A stretch of 58,969 nt of DNA from a virus (IMGVR_UViG_3300032053_000085:1-58969); one strand, 5' to 3'; counted from the first letter of the stretch, positions 27,276-36,217 are shown. A program made the numbers and translations. Notes: a model not told the origin generated them from the letters alone.

Positions 27276-28040
27276 TTAGGCCCGAAATACCTTCGCCATT
27301 TCGTGCACTTCCAAAGCCTTCTCGCTGTACTGCGGGATCAAAGGCCCCGTAGCGGGAGATTCAGGAATCTCCCCATACTTCCAGACGCCGTTTTCGATAT
27401 GCCCAGACGAGTGGTTATCGTGCGTCATATCCCACATATAAACGTAGGTAGGGCTTACCTGATGACCAGCTTCACCGTATGCGACCCGCATACGGTGGAG
27501 GAACAACTGATCGAAGGCTGGATCAAGCACGTCCCGATAGACGTGGTTGTATCCGCCAATCCCCTCCAGGGCAGTTCGGCGGTACGCCGAACTGGCCCAG
27601 AATCGTCCACCAGAATCCTCTACCCGGAACTGGTGCATATAGGTCGAGTAGACGCGACTTGGATACGACCAGACACTGTCCTTGAGAACAGCAGCGTGCT
27701 GGGAGATATGATCCTTTAGGTAGATGTCGTCGTCGTCTACGACGCAGACGGCATCGTATTGGATGCCCTGTATTTCATTGGCAAAGTGGATACCGTGGGC
27801 GTACTTCGTGAGCAAGTTAGGAGCGCGTCCAGGCATCTTAACCATGTAGACACGGCGCTTTGCGCCAGTTGGCCCGAGGAACGTATGTGTGTATCTGTGC
27901 GGTTCGAATCCTTCCTTACGGTCATCAAGTATGAGGATATCGATCTCGTCATCGTGGTCCTGGTCGATGAGGGATCGAACCAAGGTCTCGATCCAGTGCT
28001 GCTGGTGATTAAAAACTGCCGCTAGTGCCAACATTCTCAT
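27276..28040 (-). CDS. GT-A fold (GT2-like) glycosyltransferase
   Basis: SLIDQD..IDILILDD, VVDDDDIY (DxD), IGGY, FDQ.F. Confidence 0.85.
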   Translation of the reverse strand: MRMLALAAVFNHQQHWIETLVRSLIDQDHDDEIDILILDDRKEGFEPHRYTHTFLGPTGAKRRVYMVKMPGRAPNLLTKYAHGIHFANEIQGIQYDAVCVVDDDDIYLKDHISQHAAVLKDSVWSYPSRVYSTYMHQFRVEDSGGRFWASSAYRRTALEGIGGYNHVYRDVLDPAFDQLFLHRMRVAYGEAGHQVSPTYVYMWDMTHDNHSSGHIENGVWKYGEIPESPATGPLIPQYSEKALEVHEMAKVFRA

Positions 28041-28336
28041 GATTTGCGAGCCTGTAGTTTCTTCAAAATTAAAGTGATTGGATTGGTCGGGCTTCGGCCT
28101 ACGTTGCCGAAGCCCTCGAAGTCATCCCGATCCTTCGGGTGGAAAAGAGGCTGCCGCTTGGCTGCCCTTTCCCGGTAGACTTCGATTCGTTCTGGCGTTC
28201 CAGGTAGTGTATACGACGGAAGCATAGAATTCGGAAAATCTCCCGAAATTTCTGGGCCAAATATCAGCATCGCTTCCTCGCGGCTGAATGGCATGAAACG
28301 CTCTGCTTCAGGTAAATGGTCTTGTGCTTTGGCCAT
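28037..28336 (-). CDS. Conserved hypothetical protein
   Basis: PGTPERIEVYRERA...PLFHPKD resembles a small family I recall from Planctomycetota. Confidence 0.7.
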   Translation of the reverse strand: MAKAQDHLPEAERFMPFSREEAMLIFGPEISGDFPNSMLPSYTLPGTPERIEVYRERAAKRQPLFHPKDRDDFEGFGNVGRSPTNPITLILKKLQARKS

Positions 28337-28932
28337 TAAAGTTCGATCACGTTCTCGATAGCGGCAAGTTCTGGCATGTGGGTAACGATTATGAATTGAA
28401 ACCCAGTCTCAGTAGCCAGAGATTCCAAGAGGCCGACCAGGCGGCCTCTGTGTTCTTTAGATAGGGCGATAAACGGCTCGTCAAGGACGAGCAGTTTACG
28501 TGCCTGGGGGACTCGTAAGATTAGCGTAGCTAATCTTAACGCGAAGCAAATGATGCTGACGACCCCGCCACCGCAAGCGGTGACTGGGTCATACTCGTTA
28601 CCATCGTCGTCGCGTAATACGCAACGTGCTTCGGTCTGCTCTCGTTTGCGTTCGAAAACGAGAGCAAAGGTGTACTTGTTTTCGGGGAAGATTGCCTGAA
28701 GGCAACGGGTCACTAGGTCCGCGATCGTTTTCTCGCATTGCTGCTGCGTTAGCAATGCGAGTTCTTGGACCTGTAGCATTACTGAATCTAATGCTGTGGC
28801 TTTAGATGCTAGTAATGCTTGCTTGACGCAGGCACGTTCTTTAGCAACAGCAGCGGCATCGTATTCGGCTTTTCGCCCGGCGTAGCGTTCGAGGTGCTGT
28901 TTTATGAACTGGTCGTAGAGGCTCATTGACAC
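28336..28932 (-). CDS. SbcC/Rad50-like ATPase, C-terminal half
   Basis: Signature-like CGGG, Walker B LVLDEPF, H-loop IIVTH. Confidence 0.88.
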   Translation of the reverse strand: MSMSLYDQFIKQHLERYAGRKAEYDAAAVAKERACVKQALLASKATALDSVMLQVQELALLTQQQCEKTIADLVTRCLQAIFPENKYTFALVFERKREQTEARCVLRDDDGNEYDPVTACGGGVVSIICFALRLATLILRVPQARKLLVLDEPFIALSKEHRGRLVGLLESLATETGFQFIIVTHMPELAAIENVIEL

Positions 28933-29150
28933 AGAGCCTCGTATTCTTTTTTAAGTTCTTCGAACTTAGCCAAACATGCGGCTTCAGAAGCCTCAAGTTC
29001 GGTAATCTTAACTTTAGCTTCCTTGATTGTGGCTACGCCAAAATCGGCCTTCATTCGTTTGAGGATGCTATCTCGCTGGCCGATCGTCTGATTGATTTTT
29101 GCCTTAATAGCGGCGAGTTCGTTTTCTAGCTTTTCAAGTTCTTTGTCCAC
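28923..29150 (-). CDS. Small coiled-coil protein, possibly part of the split SbcC
   Basis: 75 aa with heptad pattern; coupled to the SbcC C-half. Confidence 0.7.
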   Translation of the reverse strand: MDKELEKLENELAAIKAKINQTIGQRDSILKRMKADFGVATIKEAKVKITELEASEAACLAKFEELKKEYEALCQ

Positions 29151-29272
29151 AACAACGCTCTTTCTTCTGGAAGGTACACTTGCCCTTCACGTCGAATGGG
29201 CAAGGGATAGTAGAGGATAGTACCGGCTTATGGGAAAGTGCGATGATTTCATCGCACTTTTCGCAACGTATC

Positions 29273-30157
29273 TCAATCCGCAAGAGCGGCGTTGAGTTCT
29301 GTGTAGACTTTTCGCTGCTCTGCATCGCTGTTTTCCTCGGCCATACGTCGAAGTGATTCACGGAAATTTACCTGGGCATTATCTGCCGTCTTCAGGTATT
29401 CTACCACAGACTGCGTTTCGGCTAGCGACGAAACGGCTAGCGACGGCTGCCAGACAGCAGGGATAGAATCAGGAAACAGATGGGCGGCGTACCCATCGTC
29501 TGCGAGGACTCCTAGAAGCGGCACGTGGTTTTGCTGGTTTGAGGCGAAGCCGAAAAGTGATCCATGGTTGACGAACTTCCCCGAAGACCAGCTTTGGTGG
29601 TTGTCGCCGATTGCGATTCCTGTGAAATATTGGGCATAGCTTGATATGCCCAGCACATTGGACTCGCCGGTAGCACCCACATACTTCGTATTGTTGGTGA
29701 TCCAGGTATACTTATGCAAGGCAGCCACGCCACGCTTCGCGGGGCACGGCGTATTCGGCAGGGTATACTCTCCCCAGGGCATAGACCAAATCGCCACGCC
29801 GGGGTTTATCTCGTACCATGAACCGTGCGGCAGGTCGATTATGGAACCTGCCTTGACTAATGCACCGTAGGCACCATCCATACGATCTGCGAGAACGTGG
29901 TTCTTAAGATCATGCTGCCCTGGAATACAATAGACGTCACCGATAGCCTGCTCGAACATGCTGATCGCCCACGATACCAGACTCGCAGGCGGGTCTGGTC
30001 TATCGAACAGATCGCCTGCTATTAAGATGGGCGTAATCCCGGCTATTTGAAATAGGTCGAGTATCTTGGCTTCCATGACTTCGTACCACGAAGTTTCGGC
30101 CCGCGAGCAAGGAGGCGACTGGCGTAAATGCCAGTCGCTTGTGGTGATTAGGTGCAT
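29273..30157 (-). CDS. sbcD: SbcD/Mre11-like metallophosphoesterase nuclease
   Basis: SDWH, AGDLFD, PGQHD, LH, GDNH, NHGS. Confidence 0.88.
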   Translation of the reverse strand: MHLITTSDWHLRQSPPCSRAETSWYEVMEAKILDLFQIAGITPILIAGDLFDRPDPPASLVSWAISMFEQAIGDVYCIPGQHDLKNHVLADRMDGAYGALVKAGSIIDLPHGSWYEINPGVAIWSMPWGEYTLPNTPCPAKRGVAALHKYTWITNNTKYVGATGESNVLGISSYAQYFTGIAIGDNHQSWSSGKFVNHGSLFGFASNQQNHVPLLGVLADDGYAAHLFPDSIPAVWQPSLAVSSLAETQSVVEYLKTADNAQVNFRESLRRMAEENSDAEQRKVYTELNAALAD

Positions 30158-30335
30158 TATCCAATATAGTCCCAGGTTTTAATCCAACTACGTTCTTGTG
30201 GGCATGGACGCGAGCCCGGAGAATTCTCCGGGCACGTTCTAGTGTCTGGTGCCATGACCGTTGGTATTCAACCGTACCGGCCAAGCCGGTACGGTTGTGT
30301 GTTAGTCGCAGTGCGGACGTATGATTCCAGAGCAT
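30000..30335 (-). CDS. Small protein resembling the class I release-factor (RF-1/ArfB) domain, lacking GGQ
   Basis: NHTSALRLTHNRTGL....QRSWHQT.E.A.RILRARV versus the RF-1 pattern N.T.SAVRITH.PTG....ERSQH.N...A...L.AR; AAGGA RBS. Confidence 0.5.
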   Translation of the reverse strand: MLWNHTSALRLTHNRTGLAGTVEYQRSWHQTLERARRILRARVHAHKNVVGLKPGTILDNAPNHHKRLAFTPVASLLAGRNFVVRSHGSQDTRPISNSRDYAHLNSRRSVR

Positions 30336-30361
30336 TCTAGTCTTTTTCCTTGAGTAGCCAC

Positions 30362-30475
30362 TTATTGGAAATAACCTTGAATGCATTCCCCCGTTCCAGG
30401 GCCAAATACGACTACTTCCAATTCATGCTTAGCGGGTGCCGTGAACGGAAATTCATTCGGATCGAAGTAGTTCAC
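30362..30475 (-). pseudogene. Truncated N-terminus of an MBL-fold (ComEC-like) hydrolase
   Basis: GTG-started NYFDPNEFPFTAPAKHELEVVVFGPGTGECI, then an abrupt stop before any HxHxDH motif. Confidence 0.55.
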
Positions 30476-31037
30476 TGAGTTGCTTAACCTTCCGTGAGAT
30501 TTCATCATTTTGCGACTTAGACAATTTTGGCATACGGCGTACACGCAGCTCAGATGTCTTAATAATCGTTCCTGAAGCGCGGACCTTATATCCCACACTC
30601 CAATAGAAAACCGCTCCCTCGGCCAGCAAGGGTCGGTCAAATGGACTGAACTCTGCTAGGTAAACGTCCGCGAATTCTTGTGGAGATGTATCGTCTGTTA
30701 AGTCAAACATCTCGCAAGACACGATATCATCGTACACTCCGACAACTACGCACTCCCATTGCTGCAATACCTTCACGCGCTTGCCGTTCATTTCAACAGC
30801 GTAAGATTCTTTATGCATGGGGCGTTGCTTTTTTCGACGAGGAAGACGAGCCATTGTTATCGGAGATACTGACTCACCGTCGGTCGCGTTAATGCTCTCT
30901 GCTTCGGTGTTTTCGATGGCCCCCACCTCTCCGGTCGGTTTACTGAACCACCAATCGTCCGCTCGAAGTTTCCTTGTCTCGATGCTGAACTCTGGGTCTG
31001 CAACTCGAGAATCCGTTGACTGCATCAAAATGCTCAT
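30453..31037 (-). CDS. Bacterial-type conserved hypothetical protein (moron)
   Basis: LQQWECVV...D..LL.EGAVFYWSVGY...SELRVRRMP; overlaps the MBL fragment. Confidence 0.7.
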   Translation of the reverse strand: MSILMQSTDSRVADPEFSIETRKLRADDWWFSKPTGEVGAIENTEAESINATDGESVSPITMARLPRRKKQRPMHKESYAVEMNGKRVKVLQQWECVVVGVYDDIVSCEMFDLTDDTSPQEFADVYLAEFSPFDRPLLAEGAVFYWSVGYKVRASGTIIKTSELRVRRMPKLSKSQNDEISRKVKQLSELLRSE

Positions 31038-31046
31038 GATTTATCT

Positions 31047-32189
31047 CTACAATTTTCTACCACACTGAGAACAGGTAGCTCGCTCCGCGAGCACCTGTTC
31101 CAGCTTCCGTTCCGTGATTCGGTATTTAGTTACTTCATTTTCGTATTCCTCATACTGGTTGACTAGGTCGCGAATCCGACTTGAGTTCGTTGGTTGTGCA
31201 AGTATCTTAGCACAACTTTGCCGAAGCGTGTCAGAAATTCTCGATTTTTGCTGAACTATTTCTAGCGTCTGCTTGCCAACTTCCAGAAAATCCGCCTCCA
31301 GCGCCCGGCGTTGTCGGCGACATGCTACCAAACCTTCCAAAGCGGCACCTGCCGCTTCCAAAGTCGATAAGGCTGCAACAGCCTTGGTTTCAGCTACGAG
31401 CGATTCTAGGTCCTGTTTTGTGGCTTTGGTGGCCTGTAGTTTCCTACCGGCTTCTAGAGCACTGTCACAGGCAGCAGATAGCTGAACTAGAGCAGTCCCG
31501 CTACCCCGCAACTGGACTAACTCCCACGTATGTAGTCCTAGATCATTTATTGCATCGGCGAGGCGTGTGATGGTATCAGCCTCTATCTGTAGTAGCGTAA
31601 GCATATCCCCCATTCGGGGGATATGCTTATTGGCTTCCAGGTACGCTTCGAAGCCGGTTAGTTCCTGCTCCGTGGCCTCTAGGAGGATATTGTTCTGCTT
31701 CGACCGTTCCTTTAGCCAGCTAATGGCACGGTCAATGTCTTCCAGAGAAACGATCTTGTTGATCTCCCGGGCTACTTGTCCGGGAGTCAACGATAGGAGA
31801 AAATGAGGATCGTGTTGGGACTGGAAATTAGTTTCCGTCAGATTCAGTACCGTCGCGATCGGCAACGGCTGGTCGCGAGCACAGGCTAAGAACTTCGGCA
31901 GGTCGTTAAGCTGGTAGCCGTAGCCCCGAGTGTCCTTGAACCGTTCGATTACGTTAGGTCCGTCCGCGATTACGTTAGGTCCGTCCGCGATTACGCGGAC
32001 GGACATTTCTGATTCCCCATTGGTCGTCAGGCCCGTGGCGGTTTCATGCAAAGCAAGAAACCGCAACCCACGGACAACGGCAGACTTGCCGGTGTCCGAC
32101 GGTCCTGTAATGACGTTCAGTCCTGGCCTAAGCGGCAGGACTGAACGTCGGTGGGATTGAAAGTTCGTTAGCTTGATTTCTTTTAGCAT
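31047..32189 (-). CDS. SbcC/Rad50-like ATPase, N-terminal half ending at the zinc hook
   Basis: MLKEIKLTNFQSH, Walker A GPSDTGKS, Q-loop FQSQHD, coiled coil, terminal CSQCG. Confidence 0.9.
   Translation of the reverse strand: MLKEIKLTNFQSHRRSVLPLRPGLNVITGPSDTGKSAVVRGLRFLALHETATGLTTNGESEMSVRVIADGPNVIADGPNVIERFKDTRGYGYQLNDLPKFLACARDQPLPIATVLNLTETNFQSQHDPHFLLSLTPGQVAREINKIVSLEDIDRAISWLKERSKQNNILLEATEQELTGFEAYLEANKHIPRMGDMLTLLQIEADTITRLADAINDLGLHTWELVQLRGSGTALVQLSAACDSALEAGRKLQATKATKQDLESLVAETKAVAALSTLEAAGAALEGLVACRRQRRALEADFLEVGKQTLEIVQQKSRISDTLRQSCAKILAQPTNSSRIRDLVNQYEEYENEVTKYRITERKLEQVLAERATCSQCGRKL
31946..31995. repeat. 21-bp tandem duplication (VIADGPN twice) in the SbcC N-half
   Basis: CGATTACGTTAGGTCCGTCCG x2 plus a partial third copy. 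Confidence 0.92.
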
Positions 32190-33409
32190 CCCAGTTCTCC
32201 TGGCCTGTGGTAGCTTTGTTTGGGTAATGTGCTGGTCCAAATCTTGGTTTGCTTGCCCGCACAGTACATTTGCTGGATTCCTAGATCGAGTTCCGCGAGG
32301 GAATCGATCCCGTTGTAAAGCATCAAATCGTTAGGATCAATTCGATGAATCGAATTGAATCCGTCAGTTGTCTCAGTTTCGAACGCCTGTTCTACGCCTT
32401 TGGCGTAGAACGGCTGGCCTAGCTCCACGAACGCTTGGAATTTCAGGCCCGATACCGCAATCTGCGGATCGGCCATGTGTGCAGAAATCATCGTATCCCA
32501 AGTCCAGCGGTTTACTTCGACGCCGTAGAACTGCCGACTCCAACGATCCTCGAACTTAAGATTGGCGGCTATTTTGTAGGAATCAGACAGTAAGTAGTTT
32601 CGCCACGCATCAACGAGCATATCGTCCATCATGAATGCGACACACTTAGGTTTGTCGCCTTCCAGCCACGCCACGGAAGCTGAATATATTTTGGCCCCAG
32701 GCTTGGTGCATTTCAAGTGGTTGGTTTCGTAGTCAAACGCCGAGAAGACAGACTTTCCCGCTTCCTGCAAGGCACGGATGATATAGTTCTTCTGCCTAGG
32801 CATTTCCACCATCTTGGCGTAGTCGGGCACTACGTCATACGGTCGACCCGTCGACCGTAAGGCATACCGTAGCCAACGGAAGTGCTGTATCTTGCTTACG
32901 TCTGGATTCAAGAGTCGTCCGTCTTTCATCCGACCGGCAAAGCCGATCGGATAAACCCAGGCGTTGAGTTCCCGAGAGGGAATACGACGCCCGTACCAGC
33001 GATCCCGCATTTCTGCGGGATGCTGCCATAGGTAATCGATAATAGAGTCGTTTGCCTGCCGCCCTAAGACGATAACCGTCTCGGGTTTGATTGATCGGAG
33101 ATTCTCGATCAGCAAAGGCTGGCAATGTCTCCAGCTTTCAGGATTGTCGCCATCGCAGGATGATGCTGCCAGCAGCGTCACGTTACCAAGCATGGCCCCG
33201 TGCTGCTCCAGCATAGATGCCAGCTTGGGTTCGTTTATGAGACCGTCGGCCCGGTCTTCCGGTGAATCGATAACGATCACCGTCTTCCGGGCCGACTGCG
33301 GCATCTGCTTAGGATGGCGGCATTTGGATATCAATCCACATGCCGTACAGTCTGGGCCTAGTTTAATGGGTGCCTGGATTGTAACCTTGGGGGATAAGAA
33401 TGTGAACAT
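32183..33409 (-). CDS. UDG-like domain plus 3'-5' exonuclease (N-terminal part of the split family-A DNA polymerase)
   Basis: CTACGL..C, C....HC.P.L, IVLG; Exo I FDYET, Exo II NLKFED, DTM, Exo III YNGID. Confidence 0.85.
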   Translation of the reverse strand: MFTFLSPKVTIQAPIKLGPDCTACGLISKCRHPKQMPQSARKTVIVIDSPEDRADGLINEPKLASMLEQHGAMLGNVTLLAASSCDGDNPESWRHCQPLLIENLRSIKPETVIVLGRQANDSIIDYLWQHPAEMRDRWYGRRIPSRELNAWVYPIGFAGRMKDGRLLNPDVSKIQHFRWLRYALRSTGRPYDVVPDYAKMVEMPRQKNYIIRALQEAGKSVFSAFDYETNHLKCTKPGAKIYSASVAWLEGDKPKCVAFMMDDMLVDAWRNYLLSDSYKIAANLKFEDRWSRQFYGVEVNRWTWDTMISAHMADPQIAVSGLKFQAFVELGQPFYAKGVEQAFETETTDGFNSIHRIDPNDLMLYNGIDSLAELDLGIQQMYCAGKQTKIWTSTLPKQSYHRPGELGC

Positions 33410-34431
33410 TATTGCTTTGTTGCTGAGACTGCGTAGAGGAAACCGTCGCCCTTGATCCGTAGGCACGAATCGCAGATTGCGATTGGTGCCCCGTGCTTCA
33501 AGATCAATGATAACACGGATGGATTTACTTGTAAATCCATATCGACCCCGTCGTAGGTAATTGGCTTTTCTTCCTCAGTATCGCCAAAGACGGATTCGGC
33601 TTTGACGATCAGGGTGTTAGCCCGAAGCTGCAACATGACCTTCTGTTCTTCTTTCTTATCCAGGACGAACGCCATGGCCCGATCGACTACTTCCGTAGCC
33701 GATCCAGGCAGCACGATCTCCCTGATCTTCGCCTCGGTGAAGATCGACGTAATGTCTGGATATTCTTCACCTAGCCGACGTACGGAGATAATCAGCCCAG
33801 AGTAAGTCTTCCAGTGAATCCAGTCACGTGTATAGCTAACGGCAGCAGCACCGATTCCGTTCAGCGCTTTGCAGCTAGTTGCCCTAGCCAATATGTGCGG
33901 TTCCGTCGCACCGGTGGCGACGACGAACCGCATAGCCTGATACTTGTTAGTCGCCTGCATCCCGCGAGGGGTGAAGTCGACGCAATTCAAAGCAAACGGT
34001 TCGGCATCCACAGCAGCACAGGCTGCCACCATACCTAGGGCCTCTGAGAAGATCGGAGGCAGGTCTGTGAAGTCTCCAGGTTCTTCGACTTCGTCTGTTT
34101 CCAGCAGAATGTCGGTAGACACTTTGATGTTCTGGCGGCGACCGGTTCCCTTGATCGTAAGCTTCCCATCCACTAAGTCGATATCGACTTCTAGATCAGG
34201 ACTCTTGCGTAAGGTATCCAGTAGTGTCTTAGCTGGCACGGCACACCTATACGGAAACGGTTCCCCTAACGCATTGGTTACACCAACGCGACAGAGGATT
34301 TCCCCATTATACGTGTGTAGCGTCCCGTCCATGAACACGTAGCAACTACTTTGCTCCATGTTCTCTTTGGTGTTGAGTCCCGCAGAGCAGGACTCAAGCG
34401 TTCGTAGTAGGTCTTGTCGGTCAAACTTCAT
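33409..34431 (-). CDS. DNA sliding clamp (beta-clamp-like)
   Basis: 340 aa; AVPAKTL, ALNCV..ATN, YPDI; DnaX is encoded in the same block. Confidence 0.75.
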   Translation of the reverse strand: MKFDRQDLLRTLESCSAGLNTKENMEQSSCYVFMDGTLHTYNGEILCRVGVTNALGEPFPYRCAVPAKTLLDTLRKSPDLEVDIDLVDGKLTIKGTGRRQNIKVSTDILLETDEVEEPGDFTDLPPIFSEALGMVAACAAVDAEPFALNCVDFTPRGMQATNKYQAMRFVVATGATEPHILARATSCKALNGIGAAAVSYTRDWIHWKTYSGLIISVRRLGEEYPDITSIFTEAKIREIVLPGSATEVVDRAMAFVLDKKEEQKVMLQLRANTLIVKAESVFGDTEEEKPITYDGVDMDLQVNPSVLSLILKHGAPIAICDSCLRIKGDGFLYAVSATKQ

Positions 34432-34906
34432 TTTCGTTCCATTCGAATTTTATGCCGATGCCTGTTTCCGTGTGCGGGAAGACGGCTTCACGCAGCGGTA
34501 ACACTGCTTTGAATCCCACCGACTTGAGAAACAGTTGTGCGTCTAAATCTTCTTCAGGCACAGTATAGATCATTCGATCAACAGTTGGCGGTTTGTCCGC
34601 AATAACTCGTAGAAGTAATCGAGTTCCGATGCGTATGCGTCGAAACTCATCACCTACCAGTAGGCGGTCGATACGAATCGTATTTTCCGATGACCAAGTA
34701 GTCACAACATACCCGACAATTTGTCGGGTATGTATGTGTGCTGCTACGTGAACTACGGTATGTGATTCCTCGTCCATGTCCAGTCTATTCTGCCACCACC
34801 TATTACTCTTACGGAATTGCTTGTTGGTAGCATCTAGAGCCTGGATTGATCTCAAATCGAGTGGTCGCGCTACTCGATAATTAACGTAGTTTACTAATGC
34901 GGTCAT
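34421..34906 (-). CDS. GNAT acetyltransferase, RimI-like
   Basis: IVGY, L.V...FRRIRIGTRLL, AQLFLKSVGF. Confidence 0.85.
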   Translation of the reverse strand: MTALVNYVNYRVARPLDLRSIQALDATNKQFRKSNRWWQNRLDMDEESHTVVHVAAHIHTRQIVGYVVTTWSSENTIRIDRLLVGDEFRRIRIGTRLLLRVIADKPPTVDRMIYTVPEEDLDAQLFLKSVGFKAVLPLREAVFPHTETGIGIKFEWNENEV

Positions 34907-35403
34907 TTGTAATCTTGTAGCCAGTCACGGTTTGCGGGGGTTAATAGTATAGACAAGAGTCCGAAGCCATTGCGACAGACTATGCCCTGGTGGGATAAGC
35001 CAAGGTCGTTGGTGACGTATATTGCAGGGTGTCTATCGCGTTTGTGGATGAGTAGCCAGTACGGCGTACCGGCAAGCGAAGCCGCTTTCGCCGACTGTGC
35101 GACGAAAGCGTTCATGCCGCCCTTACCGCCTTCGAGTATGTCGTAGATATGCAACGTATTGTACCCACGCTTAATCTCGATGGTGAATAAGTCAAGTAGC
35201 TTCTGGCCTGCGGCATCTTGGGCACAAAGATCGCCACATGCGTTGGCGGTCTTCTTGCCTTGTTTGGCCCGTTGCGTAGCCCTGCCACCGCTCTGGGATG
35301 ATCTCCAAAAGAGATCATCCCGTTCGCCTACTGACCACCAGAGACTTAGTTCCTTGGCAAGGGTCCGCTCGTAGGCGGACCCTTTTGCTGCTCCGTTAGT
35401 CAT
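34903..35403 (-). CDS. Holliday junction resolvase, PD-(D/E)xK type
   Basis: KGSAYER..AK.L..W, SGG, GDL, IEIK. Confidence 0.8.
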   Translation of the reverse strand: MTNGAAKGSAYERTLAKELSLWWSVGERDDLFWRSSQSGGRATQRAKQGKKTANACGDLCAQDAAGQKLLDLFTIEIKRGYNTLHIYDILEGGKGGMNAFVAQSAKAASLAGTPYWLLIHKRDRHPAIYVTNDLGLSHQGIVCRNGFGLLSILLTPANRDWLQDYK

Positions 35404-35807
35404 TTGTATTGACCAGTCCGATCAAAAACAAGGGTACGACGTTCGCGGGCTTCTCGCTTAGCGTCGGAGATTTCTTCCCTGATCTCTTGGGGCGTGCCCG
35501 AGCCGCTCATATCACGCTCGGGCACGCCGTACTGCCTACGCCATGCCTCGTGAATCTTTATGGCATCCTCCTTCTCCAACACGCCCGACCCTGCTGCGGC
35601 GATGCAGACCTCGGTTGCTTTTTTCCAGGCTAGCATTTCGACTTCACTGGTGCATGGGATGATGTTAAGACTGCCTACCTTGATAGGCCAGCCATAATCG
35701 ATCATAAGTCCGACACGGACTTCCTCACTCATCAGGACAACTAAGTCAAGATCGGATGTTGGAGTTGGGATTCCGTACATACGACTACCGGTAAAGAATG
35801 CTTCCAT
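35400..35807 (-). CDS. Minimal nucleotidyltransferase (Pol-beta superfamily)
   Basis: TGSRMYG.....SDLDLVV. Confidence 0.8.
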   Translation of the reverse strand: MEAFFTGSRMYGIPTPTSDLDLVVLMSEEVRVGLMIDYGWPIKVGSLNIIPCTSEVEMLAWKKATEVCIAAAGSGVLEKEDAIKIHEAWRRQYGVPERDMSGSGTPQEIREEISDAKREARERRTLVFDRTGQYK

Positions 35808-35809
35808 GG

Positions 35810-36217
35810 CTACAGCACCTTCAATTCTAGTTTAGATTCCTTGGGGGCGTTCGCCTCGGCAACTTGTAGTTGCCAAGACAACGTAAAAGCATCGTTGCGA
35901 TCAGAGCGGATTTGCTGCTGCTCACGGATTGCTTTCAGCCAGTGGTTAAGTTGATACGGATCGATATTCCAGTTGCGGTCCAGGATACCAAGTCGTTCGG
36001 CAGTCTTCACTGGAATCTTGTCAGTTTCTTCATAGTCCAGCAATCGCTGTTCGTCACGAGGACGAACGCGAATGTGCCTAGGTAGCTTAGGCGTAGGGTG
36101 CGCTTCGGCAAACGCTTTCGCAGAAGCGTAAGCAATAGCCTTCTCGGACTTAGCAAACTTCCGCTTTTGTTCGCGTACACGTAGAACTCGTTGTCGTTTA
36201 GTTTTCTTGGAGATCAT
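35810..36217 (-). CDS. Hypothetical basic protein
   Basis: 135-aa ORF coupled within the operon. Confidence 0.7.
   Translation of the reverse strand: MISKKTKRQRVLRVREQKRKFAKSEKAIAYASAKAFAEAHPTPKLPRHIRVRPRDEQRLLDYEETDKIPVKTAERLGILDRNWNIDPYQLNHWLKAIREQQQIRSDRNDAFTLSWQLQVAEANAPKESKLELKVL

Noticed and set aside
27897-27915. GGTTCGAATCC tRNA T-loop-like motif
   Set aside because: Lies inside a glycosyltransferase gene with no cloverleaf around it
29134-29361. Cys-rich 75-aa ORF between sbcD and the coiled-coil gene
   Set aside because: Overlaps sbcD and has no clear start for the non-overlapping part; could be real but is unsupported
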